A stretch of DNA of 63,950 nucleotides, filler included, from Reclinomonas americana ATCC 50394 (taxonomy: Eukaryota), in NCBI GenBank assembly GCA_048213135.1. It is 7 parts of 3 records of this genome, joined end to end, with 100 filler letters (N's around TTAATTAATTAA, not from the genome) between each part and the next. Parts side by side here need not be neighbours in the genome. Positions count along the whole stretch, not along the records: positions 44,940 to 50,333 come from PS015028.1; positions 50,434 to 59,565 come from PS015028.1; 5 more parts are not named here. One strand, given 5' to 3'. The position numbers and the translations under genes were made by a program. Below, one piece after another: positions 48,401-59,665 of the stretch. Under the pieces are notes generated by a model. The model was not told the DNA's origin. It made no database searches and worked only from the letters and a program-made list of their open reading frames with translations. The stretch's first letter is position 1; every line of letters begins with the position of its first letter.

Positions 48401-49811
48401 CTGGGAGGAGACCAGAAGGTGTGTTTTCAGAGGGAAAGGAAGTGATGAATCTGTATGTTGCGTGACAATTATTTGTGCGTGCACAGAATGGTGCGGAGAC
48501 CCGACTTTTTCCAGCGCCTGACGGACCAAAACACGGGTCTTCGCATGCGTCGACCAGTGCGCGATTTCGTCAATGCGCGTCTCCTGAACTGCCCACAATA
48601 CTCGTACGAGAGCGTGAATCGGGCAAGCAAGGCGTGCGGAGTGCTGTACAAGTGGTTGTCGGCGTTTGTATCGTTTTCGCTCATGCTGGAGAAGACGAGA
48701 CCGCTGCGCGAGCAGAGTGAGGTGAGTGTGACGGCAGGATCTGTGGTGTACCGTGTCAGCGGTATGCTGATGATGTGAGTAGGCGCTGGCCGAGGAACTG
48801 GCCGTGCTGGCGGCCAAAGTGGGCGACATGAAGCAGCGTTGCGTGACCGCCAAAGTCTGCGCAAGAGAAGAAAGGGGAAAACACGAGCAACTCACTCCTC
48901 TTTTCCCAATCTCGTAGAGGAGGATCGCACGCTGCAGCGATTCGTGCTGACTCGACTCGGTGGCGTCTTCGGACCGGCCATGGCCGAGTACGTGCTGATG
49001 TACGTGCTGTCGATGGAACGACGATTGCTGTCGATGCGCGACGCGCAGCTGCAATCCAGGTGGCAGCCGGAGGACTTTACACACACACGACCCGTGTCGT
49101 CGCTAATAATTGGCGTCATGGGTGCCGGTGGAGACATTGGCCAGTGCGTGTGTGCTGCACTCAAGCAGTTCCGCGCCGAGGTTTGTCGCGCATCAGCGCA
49201 CACAATTCAATTTCATGAGCCGACTGCTGAACCCCCATCGGTGCAGGTGTGGGGCTTTGTGCAATCACACCGGCCACTGCGACACGTGGACATTACGTTT
49301 ACACGGACGCAGCTGACGAGCTTCCTGAGCGGGTGCGACTACATTGTGAATGTGATGCCGAGCACCAGCAGCACACGACATCTGCTGGCCGGCAGCGTGC
49401 TGTCGGACTGCAAGCGAGGCTGCGTGTTCATCAACGTGGGCCGCGGCGACGTGATCGACCTGGACACGCTCCTGCGTGCACTCGACAGCGGCTGGCTCGG
49501 CGCCGCCGTACTCGACGTGTTCCCCGAAGAACCACTGCCCAGCTCGCATCCACTGTGGACGCGCCGCAACGCGTACATTACACCGCACGTGGCGGCACCG
49601 ACGCGAACCCGAGGTGAGAGAGCCAGCACGACAAGTGCGCCAGACGACGACAACTAACTTTGCGTTACCAGATGTGGTGGAATTGTTTGAGGAAAACTGC
49701 AAACGATGGCTCCGTCGCGAACTCTCACAGACCCCCGATGTCACCAGCCCAGCCTCGGAGCACTTGGTGGAAAACCTGTTGTATGAAGCCGACTGGGACC
49801 GCGAGTACTGA
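45467..49811 (+). CDS. D-isomer-specific 2-hydroxyacid dehydrogenase (glyoxylate/hydroxypyruvate reductase A-like) with an inserted dynein stalk/microtubule-binding domain and a long low-complexity N-terminal region
   Basis: Dehydrogenase motifs: NLK|WFQATTAGVDAL, LTRLGGVFGPAMAEYV, IIGVMGAGGDIG, DYIVNVMPST, FINVGRG, AVLDVFPEEPLPSSHPLW, ITPHVAA. Dynein-like insert at 48111-48935. All joins are in-frame GT-AG introns with no N gap. The fusion of the N-terminal region relies on intron 47658-47728. Confidence 0.88.
48111..48935 (+). other. Dynein heavy-chain stalk module: CC1 - microtubule-binding domain - CC2 (domain inside the dehydrogenase gene)
   Basis: LEEALSATAPAVEEAMALLASIEKRYHDESRSLTNPPEAVRACLLAVCAVM...DWEETRR|MVRRPDFFQRL...NCPQYSYESVNRASKACGVLYKWLSAFVSFSLMLEKTRPLRE reproduces the cytoplasmic dynein stalk-head pattern (P-A-V..A...SI.K....E.RS..NPP.AV...L..C....DW...R.....F...P.Y.YE.VNRAS.ACG...KW.......ML....PLR), flanked by heptad-rich helices. 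Confidence 0.88.
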
Positions 49812-50114
49812 CAGTGAAACAGTCACAACCAATCGATTTGTTGTCGCGCGCGCAGCGCAGTGATTCTTCCGATGGCACGGCGTCCCCCTTTCCTCACACA
49901 CGCACACAAAGACACACCTCTGCTCATATGTGCGCTTGCAGGCGGCGAGTGGAGCCTTTCTGCTGACAGTCAACGGCGGCGCAGTGCCAGTCCACAGCAC
50001 TCGGCGTGGCAATGCACGTCTTGCATGCATTCTCTCTCACTCTCTCTCACGCACACACACACACACGCTCACTCACTCGCCTGTGCTCAGTCGACACTGC
50101 GTGCACCCTCGCCA

Positions 50115-50333
50115 ATGGGACGCAGCAGCAGCCCAGCGAGCTTCGTCGAGGACAACGACGACGAAGACTTCCTCACAGTCGCCGAGCAGACACTCGCCGA
50201 TGTGATCCTCGTGCGCGACGGCCATGTGATGGTCAACACAGTGTTGCAGCTGCAGGAGCTGCTGGAGGGCGCTCACGCACGCATCACCCTGCTCGAAAAG
50301 TCGCGTGCTTGCCTGCCTGCGCTCTCGCACAAT
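50115..50333 (+). CDS. Unknown protein, 5' fragment (truncated at spacer)
   Basis: MGRSSSPASFVEDNDDEDFLTVAEQTLADVILVRDGHVMVNTVLQLQELLEGAHARITLLEK; coding-like composition only. Confidence 0.4.
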
Positions 50334-50435
50334 NNNNNNNNNNNNNNNNNNNNNNNNNNNNNNNNNNNNNNNNNNNNTTAATTAATTAANNNNNNNNNNN
50401 NNNNNNNNNNNNNNNNNNNNNNNNNNNNNNNNNTC

Positions 50436-50525
<90 letters not shown>

Positions 50526-50559
50526 GTCTTGTCTTCTTCCTCCCACTCACGGGGAGTGT

Positions 50560-52316
50560 GATGGTGGCCGACGACACAGTTCAGCGGCAGATTACCGCAC
50601 TCGCTGCTCGATGACTACCCCGAGTTTGCGGAACCCGATCGGTCGCTGTCGGGTGATGTCGGGCGCGACTTGGCGGCCGAGCTTGGCGGCTTTCTCGACG
50701 ATGAGCTGATGTCGTCGTCGTCGGGCGACGAGGAGGAGGCCGAGGGGGAAAAGAAGGAGGAGAGGAGGGGGAGGAGGGGGAGCAGAGCAGTGGCGTGCAC
50801 GATGTCGTCGAGGAAGTTGCGTCGTCGAAAAACACAGAACGATTGCTACGTGACAGCGTGTGTACTGAGTGTGTGTTTGTGTGCTTCGACAGGCGGCGCC
50901 CGCGACGGTGAACACCGATCAAGACGAGCAGGCGAAAGGGGAGGCGGGTACCGGAGGCGAAGCCGTCGATTCCGCGGCGCCAGTGTCGTCGCTGGTGTCG
51001 GGTGCCAGCAGTCGGCGTCACGTACGCATCAGCAACTCACGACCGCAGAGCATGCGTGGGATGCCACTCGACGAGCAAACTGTTAAGGCTCGTCGACGTG
51101 GCGTGTCGTTTCAGGTGTCTGCGGATCCAGAGCGCCCACCGGCGTTCTTTGTGGCCGGCAATCCGCTGATGGAGCTCCTACGACGCGAACAGCGGCCGGT
51201 GGATGTCGGCACGCAGACGCCAGTGTGGGAGGCCGACGCATTGCTGCGCGGGGAGGCGCTCGGCGGGGACGAAATCTCGCGAGTGGACGACCATGAGCTG
51301 CCGGCTCGATCGGCACCCGACGACATGTACCGCCGACTGGTGCGTGCACTCGCCCCACACTCTTCTTTACTTATCTTTCCTTCTGTATTCATCTGCTCCT
51401 CCAGCGCGTGCAAGAACCACTGGCATCGCCCGTGTTCCAGTACCGCGATCACGTGCTGCAGGGACTGCGCGAGTTGATCGGCCACGCCAACCACGACATC
51501 GGTCTGCACATGCAAGACGACGCCGATGCCAAGCGGTACTTTGAGAGACTAGTCTTCACGCGTATGTGTGTGTGCGCACGCACGCTCTTTCTGACCCTCT
51601 CTGTATGCAGAGCGCGAGTGGAAGACGACGTGTTTCGCTGCATGCGACGAGTGCGCGGGCTGATGGAGGCCGAGAAGCAGAGATATCGAGATTTGTTGAC
51701 ACGCTACGCGGCACTGGAGCAGGAGGCCATGGAGCTGCGGAGTGCGGCACGGCCGGCGACAATGACAGCACGGTCACTAGCACCGCAAGTGCCCAGTACT
51801 GTGCCTGCAGCGACAGCTGCAACGACCCCCACCGTGGCGGCAGTTGTCCCGATTGCCACTGATCAACTGCCACCGAATATGCCAGAGCATGCGCGCAACA
51901 GGGTGATCAAGGTGGGCCTCCTGGAGAAACAGGGTCGCGTGTGGAAGAACTGGAGAGTGCGTTACTTTTTGCTGGAGGTTTGTCAGATCTTGGCCACAAT
52001 GTCTGCATGTCCGTGTTTCTCTTTGCCCATTCATGATCATGCATATTCTATTTATCGCACACAGGCAAGCGTGCTGCGCTACTTCAAGCCCAACAAGCGC
52101 GACCTGCGACGCAGCATTCCGTTGGCGGACGTACTGGAGGTGCGCGACATGGGTGCGGAGGGTCGCGGTCAAGATGCACTGCACTATTTCATGGTGGTCA
52201 CGCGGCACAGCAACCAATCGTTGCTGGTGCGCTGCGTGCAAGAGGCAGTCAAGCTCGACTGGATGGCCACACTGCGCAAAGCCGTGGAAGCCAGCACAAC
52301 CAGCACCATAAAATAA
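50560..52316 (+). CDS. Coiled-coil protein with C-terminal PH domain (5' end uncertain or truncated)
   Basis: VIKVGLLEKQGRVWKNWRVRYFLLE|ASVLRYFK...SIPL...FMVVT...LDWMATLRKAV is a canonical PH domain with a basic phosphoinositide-binding beta1-beta2 loop; stop TAA at 52314-52316. Confidence 0.85.
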
Positions 52317-53176
52317 ATTGGATCCGCCGCATTTGGGTTTCCAGTGAACCATCTGCTGTCGACAAGTTAACACCGCGCGTGACCCGTCTCCGTTCGGTGG
52401 TGTGCGTGGCAGTGGGTGCGTGTGTGCAGCGGACGTGAGAGCGCATGGAATATGCCACCGCGATTGCGAGTGTCGATGAAGTGATCTCGAACGCGCGCTC
52501 GATATCTCACACGACCACCAAATGTCACGTACCGCACAGAAGAGAGACGACGCCACCACACATGCACACACCGCCCATGTGTATGTCTACACGTTTGAAT
52601 ACGGACATGCACGTGAAAGAGCAGAGCGCGACGAGCGTGGCTTGGGGTCGACCGCATCTCATAGAATCTCCTCAGAGGGAAACCATTGTCGCACACTCGA
52701 ACCCGAACACGAGAGAAGAGACTGTGCACGTGAGTTGGAGCACGGGCAAGGAGACAGAGGGGCGAGGCGCACGCTGAAGCAAGTCTCACACACTCTCTGC
52801 GTGCTGGTTTTGTTTTTCGCACCGCACCAACCAGCCCTTATATTTTTCTTTCCTTTTTTCGTTCGTGATTGTCGTTCTGCACAAGCTGAGAGAAGAAGTG
52901 GAAGAGAAAGAGGAGGTGGCGCACGCGAGTGGCGGACAGCATATCGACGAGTGGTGAGTGCGAACACATCACCGTTTGTCACTTGCTGAGTGTGTGTGTC
53001 CCGTCCGTCTTATCGTCATTCACTCGCAGTCTCTGTGTCGAGAGAGCGCGCTTTTATTGGTGAGGTGGTCAGCACCACCACCACCACCTGAAAGCATCAC
53101 TGCCTGTGTGTGTGCGTGTGTGTGTGTGTCCACACTCTTCTCCACACGCGTGTGTGTGTGTGTGTGGTCTCCTCCG

Positions 53177-55401
53177 ATGAGCAAGGAGGTTGCTGCGCGT
53201 CGCGACCAGCGACGCGCCAGTGCCAGTCCCGTGTTTGGTGACATGGAGGTGAGCGCGCGTGAGTGTGTGTGTGACAGAGAGAGAGGGAGAGGGAGAGAGT
53301 GAGCGCATGTGAGCAGTGGCCGAAAAATCACGTTTTGATTGGTTGCATTGCCGCTGCACATTGCATACTTTCCTTTGTGTGGCTGCTGGCTGCTGCCGTG
53401 TAGTGCATTGCGGCGTGTTGAGACAGTGAGCGTGTGTGTGTGCGCGCGCGCGTCGGAGAGTGTGAGTGTCAGTGTGTGTGAGAGAGAGAGCGAGTGAGAG
53501 TGAGAAGAAATCGGCAACCAGTCGCCTGTTTGCTCGTTTCATCACTCGGCACAAACAGCCCCGCGCATGTTGTTTGCTGACACGCAATAGATTTTCACTG
53601 TCAATCGCGTCCCGTGTTATCATGCTCTGTGCCGATCAAGCGCATATGCACACGCGCATACCTTGTCGCACACACGCAATTCTTTCCCCTTTTCCCTCTG
53701 CACCATATGGAGCTCGACAGCGCACAGCCGTTTATCTTTTTCTGTTTTCTGCCGTCCGATTTGTGTTTCCTTTCCACACACACCCTTTACCTTTTTTGTC
53801 GTGTGTCGCTTCCTCCTTGGACTCCACGCTCACCGCGTCATTGTCTGCCGCACACGCACGCGCTGCAATTGTCGTTTTTCAACCTCTTTGGTATGTCCCG
53901 ACCCACGTCTGATCACGAATTTTTGTCTCCACTGTGCCTCTTGTGCATGCCACTGCGTGCCATGCTGGTCTGCACTGCCTTGGGATTTACTGCGCGTGAT
54001 ATTGCGCTCTGTGTTGATGATGTTGATGCCGCAATCTCCTCGCTGTCTTCCTCCTTATGGCCAAAAGCGGCGGCTGCGTTCAGCCAATGCATCGGTCATG
54101 TGCCGGGGCAACTCGCCGCGACGCACACTTTCTTTTTGAGACAAGCCTGTGATGTTTTTAACCAATCATCATGTACCCACCTGCCTCTTCCTCTCCCTCT
54201 CGCAGAGCCTGCTAGAGAACGTATTCGCCACGACGCCGTACCCGTCGCGCGAAGAAGTTGCGTCTCCCGTCACTGGATTGTTGCAATCCTGTATTGTGCT
54301 GCTGATTGCTATCGTTGCACCTCGACACAGCGACTGCGGATTGCGGCTGTGTTGAACCGCGAAGAAAAGTCGATCAACCTGTGGTTCCAAAATCGACGTG
54401 CCAAGGTCAAGCGCGCCTTGCGCAAGTCGGGCTTGCTAGGGCCACCTGTCGTTTCGTGTGCGGCCATGTTCGCCCTCTCCTCTCCTCCTTCTCTTGTTGC
54501 TGAGAAAAGAAGTGCACAGGCGCCTGGGTCGCGTCGCAGCCTGCCGCTGGCGGCGGGCGAGTCTGCATGCTCGACACCGCTCACCGACGGCAGCGAGGCC
54601 GGCTCCAATTCCTCCCCATCGTCCCCCGTATTGATGAGTTCGGGATCGCCGACAACAATGATGTCGACCTCGGCGGCCCTGCTCCTCCGCCCCGTGCCCG
54701 CTGCAGCACCAGTTGGCAATGCCGCTGCTGCCTCGGTGCCACCATTGCTCGGTCTGCCACCGAACCTGACTGCAACATCGACAACAACGACAACAACAAC
54801 AACCATGGCCATGTCTAGCGCACCTGCAGCCGCAACCGCGACTGCAGCTGGATCGATGAGACGGCGACGCAGTACGTCGCAGACGCCACCGCTACCTCCT
54901 CCGTTGCCACCACCACCAGCGCCACCGGCAATGCGAACGTTGCCGCCGGGCATGGCGGCCTATCAGCAGCAACAGAGACTGCTGCAGCAGCAGCTATCGC
55001 CGGTGATCCCGTCGCCCACGGCTGCCGGTAATAGATACATGCAGTCGTCGCAGCTGCCGCCACCGTCGCCACCACAGCGCTTTGTGCCGTTTTCTACGCG
55101 CGATGATCCCTTTGCGCGTCGGGTACGTGAGTTGCGGGAGCTGTTTGGGGTGGCGCTGCGAGCCGAGGTCTTTGTGCGGGCGGGACCACCGGTCGACGAT
55201 GCGGGCGGAATGTTGTTGCCGACGCTGGAGCCTAACCCGCGTCTGGTGGATCTGCTGGAGGAGGTGCTGAGAAGGGACTATGAGGATCTCATCCGCGTGA
55301 CCATGCAGCCGCCACCTCCTGAGTCGTCGTCGGCGGCGGGTGCAGGGCTACCCCCCATGTCGTTTTCGCCAGCAATGCTGCGATCTGCGTCGATGATGTG
55401 A
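53177..55401 (+). CDS. Homeodomain transcription factor (Q50), Ser/Pro/Gln-rich C-terminal region; 5' exons uncertain
   Basis: Spliced SLLENVFATTPYPSREE|RLRIAAVLNREEKSINLWFQNRRAKVKR (54206-54415). Confidence 0.85.
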
Positions 55402-55797
55402 CCGTCTTCCTGCTGTTGTTGTTGTTGTTGTTGTTGCCTAATGATTGAAAGAAAAATTGTCGTGCGCTTGTTTTTGTCTCCGTGTGTGTGTCTCTCTCTC
55501 TTTCTCTTTCCCTATACAACTCACTCCTATTTTTTGTCTTTGCCTCTCGGCCTGCAATGCACGCCGTGTATGTTCGCGCCTCTAGAACGCGTCACGTGAC
55601 CTCTCACACCTCGCCCACCTAATGAACAATGATGTGTGCGTGTGCGACTGGTTGTGCTGCTAGCTGAAATTCTTTAACCATGCATACATGTAAGCAAGAA
55701 AATGAACAGAAAGGAGAGAGCGAGAGAGAGAGACAGTGCGTGATGCATGCAGAACGCATGGTGTCGCGGTATCGCATTGTCCACGACAACAACTACC

Positions 55798-58700
55798 TCA
55801 CCGGCCGCGACTTGCCAGTCTCGACACGGCTGGTAGTGACGATGAGGAGGAACCACCACCGGCGGCGGCAGCCGAGTTAACAGGACGCGCTCCAGCTCGT
55901 GTATTGGAGCTGCTCCGGCGGCCGCTGTGGTAGGATACAAAAAAGAACATCTTCACCATAACTGAAGAAGAGAAAAACAATCTGACAACAACCCCCACAA
56001 ACCTGGGTCCACCGGCACCACTGGCTCCTGCAGATGCACCCGATGCCGACGATGCAGTCGACGACGAGCCAGAGCCGCTTGCACCTCCTGTGTCGCCGTG
56101 AAAGAGAAAAAGAGAAAAGAAGTTTAAGGAGAAAAAAATGCGCTCCAAAAAAAGCAAGCCCAATCACAATACAGACCCGCACGCAAACGGTCGGGCGAGG
56201 GTTTAGCACCGGCCACCGACGGCTTCTCGCCCACTTTGCCGGCACGACCTGCGGTACCGGAGGCACCGACGCCTAGGGAAGAGCCACCGCCGCCGGCTAA
56301 TCTGCCGGCACCGGCCCCAATGCCTGCCGCGCCGCTCCCAATCCCGTTGCCCACGCCGCCACTCGACCCGATGCTGCTGCTTCCACCCACGCCACTACTT
56401 GATCCGCTGCCACCGACCCCGTTGGCTGTGCAGAGAAAGAGAGCGAACATGCGCGCGTGTGTGTGTGAGTGCGTGTGTGTGTGACGGACATGCGCACCCA
56501 TCCGCGGTTGGGACAGTGGCACAACAAGACGCAACCAATGACACCACGCGCTCCGCGCTTGCCCGCTGCGGTGACCGCTGGACTTGGTGAACCGCGAACG
56601 CCCGAGCGCACCGGCACTGCAACGCCCGATGCTTTCCTCCCGGCCTTGGCATCCATTTCATCCTGTGTGCGCAAACTGATTAGCGGAAATACAGAAAAAA
56701 TGCAGGGCCCAGCAGAGCAAACAAACCGCAGCAAAGAGATCACGCTCTTCCTCTTCTTTCCTCCGGTCCAGCTCGTCTTCTGGTGCGCGATTGCCGGTGC
56801 GACTCTCCTTGGCAAACTCCTCGTCGAGCTTGCTGGTGACTTGCTGGGCCTACGCAGTGATCGTGGTGAGACAAGGAACAGACGACAAGAGTGATAGGGA
56901 GAAAGATAGAGAGACAGAAAGCACGTGCCTGTTGAGCGGCATTGACAACGTCTGGGTCCTTATCTAGCAACAAGTGCGACAGGGACTCGTTCAACCGTGC
57001 CGACATGGTCACGTCGGATGGTGGCTTGAGGATGACTTTGAGCAGCGGGCACAATCCACACACGCTTAGCCGCACATTAGGTATGGGATCCTGCGCGGAA
57101 TGAGAGAAGAGTCGGTGAGTGAGGGTTCACAGTATCTGTTTTGCGACACACGCACACACACGCACCTTGGTCAGTTGCAGAGCCATGTCGAGCAGATTCA
57201 AGCGCATGAACCGCCGTGAGAAGTGCTTGGCCATGCCACGCACGATCTCCACGTACTGAATGCGCTGCCGGTAGCTGCGCCCCGCTCCAAAATCCAGCAC
57301 CAGACGACGAAGCAGTTCCGTTCTCTGCACCACGGGGTGCGTGAGACATTTCCGAGCAATGACCCACCGAGAAACTAAAAAACACGCAACTCGACTACCC
57401 AGACGCGGACTACGCATGTATGCCGCAACGGCTACCGTGGCCGCGTCACTCACGGGTTTTGGACCCTGCAATGCAAGCACACGCTAGTCAGTCACCGAGC
57501 TTTGTGTGCACGCGCCCCTCCACCACGGTCGCCCAAGCTCACCGAGCTCATGTACTTGAACAACATGGGTACGACCTTGTCGATGATCACGTCAATGTTC
57601 ACAAAGCGCACCAGGCACCGCATCTGCGTCACATACGCCAACAGCGGTCGCCATCTGTCTCGCACTCGTGCCTCCAACTCCAGCAGTGTGGTGACCAGAC
57701 GATCGTTGGGAGCGAGTGGCGTTGGGTCCAGCCTACAAATGCAGTGTGAGTGCGACACAATCTCCACCCCCTCTTTCGCGCGACTCTCTCACCTTGACGA
57801 CGAAGCGGCTGCTCCACCTGCCCAGGCACCCACAGACGACACTCCCGGCGCCGCCGTCAGCATCTCCAGCAGCTCCTCCATGTGACTGAGAACGCCAATG
57901 ACGACCGAGTCCGACCCATCCTGCGCACATTCGTGAGACTCCGCGTGACGACAGTACACCTTTTCTTGAAAGTACACACGCAACTCCTAGTAGCCTCACG
58001 GCAATAGGCTTGACGAGCTCCGAGGCCTTTTCTGGACCCACGAGTCGTGCAACCTGTCGCAACGTGAGGTGAGGGTCGATGACACTTGACAGTCGAAACA
58101 TCAGGAGACGACGACAGACCTCATGCAGCGAGGCAGCAGTAGGGACGCGAACATTCTCCTCGGCATCCGTCGAGAATCCATCATGCACAGCGTGCAGATG
58201 TGAAGAGTACCGCCGGATACCAGCGACGGCGACCACAGCCTGTGCGCGTGCATGGCAAGTGAGACACACAAAATAAAGCTTGTGGGCACGAGATCGCCAC
58301 GCACCGGGAAATTGAATGCACACAGATGACGTGCCGCGGTGGTGCCACGACGGCACGTATCCCTGAAAAACTCCACAAAGAGAAGCAGATGTTCGTCGGT
58401 CATGATGCCTGTTTTCGTGGTGCACAACGAAAGAAAAGTGAGTACGAGTTGCTCCCCCTAGCCGCACACACAATGTGCTGCACACACCCTTGGCCTTCCA
58501 CAAGAATGTCCCAATGGAGCGAGCCAGGGTCTCACGCAAGTCCGCCGGCGCCGACACAGCAAATTGTACAAAAATCGGCAACAGCGTGTTCCGCCGCACA
58601 TCGTCGTCAAAGAAATCAAACAGTTCCACCACTGCCAAAACGAGGGGATGAGCCGGTCGGGCAAGACGCTCAACTTTCGCGTGAACACGGGCATGCCTAC

Positions 58701-59565
58701 CTTCCTGCACAGCCACACTCTTTACATGCACCTCCTCGTCCTGCAGCAACTCCAACAATTCGTGAAGCAGCAGCTCCTTGGAAAGCTCCGGTCCGATGCC
58801 GCGTGCCAACTGTGTGCACGAGCACGTGAGCATCACTGGAGAGTGAACAGTAGCAGCACGCGCAGCACACACGCACCTCGTGCAACTGCAAGCACATTGT
58901 ACACCGCACATCGAAATCCGTGTCCTGACACATGGAGAGTGCATCTTGCAGGAACTCGCGCTGTATGGTCTCGCGCGGCAACCGCGAAGCCAGCGCACCA
59001 AAGAGACGGCAGGCCAGGATACGACCACGTGACTTGGCACTGATGCCGCTGTGTGAGACGGCGAACGGAAGGACCTGTGTGCCGACCAACCGAAATGAGC
59101 CAAAACAACAAAATATGGAAACGCCGGCTGCACCCGGTCCGCACCTGTTTCGCAATAACACCCTGCGGTAGGGCCACCCTCACAGCCTCCACCAGCACAT
59201 CGGTAAAGTCGTTGGCCACTGCGGCGTTGGTGGACTCGGAGAGCTTGAGCAGAGCGCCCAAACAGCGCACAAAGAACCCGGCCGGCGCGGCAATATCGCT
59301 AGCCACCCGATCGTCGTCCTCGTCGAGATCCGACGCCGACGCCAGCGCGCGGACACCCGGTGGCCGTCGACCACCAATGTTGACTCCACCACCCGCCGTC
59401 GGTGATGTGATTTCGGGCGCCGGTGGGTCCTCCACAGAGGCCTCATCGACCAGCTCGCTTGGCGGCTCCAGCAAATGCATGAGACCGGTGGCAAACACAA
59501 ACTGGTGATCCGGTGGCGCAGTCACAATGTGATCCAACGCGGCCTTGACCAGCTCCGGCGCACCG
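55798..59565 (-). CDS. PPP4R4: Protein phosphatase 4 regulatory subunit 4-like HEAT-repeat protein (5' truncated at spacer)
   Basis: LSMCQDTDFDVRCTMCLQL, LARGIGPELSKELLLHELLELLQDEE, LCAFNFP, DFGAGRSYRQRIQY, LQLTK|DPIPNVRLSVCGLCPLLKVILKPPSD, DKDPDV follow the PPP4R4 order of motifs. Confidence 0.78.
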
Positions 59566-59665
59566 NNNNNNNNNNNNNNNNNNNNNNNNNNNNNNNNNNN
59601 NNNNNNNNNTTAATTAATTAANNNNNNNNNNNNNNNNNNNNNNNNNNNNNNNNNNNNNNNNNNNN

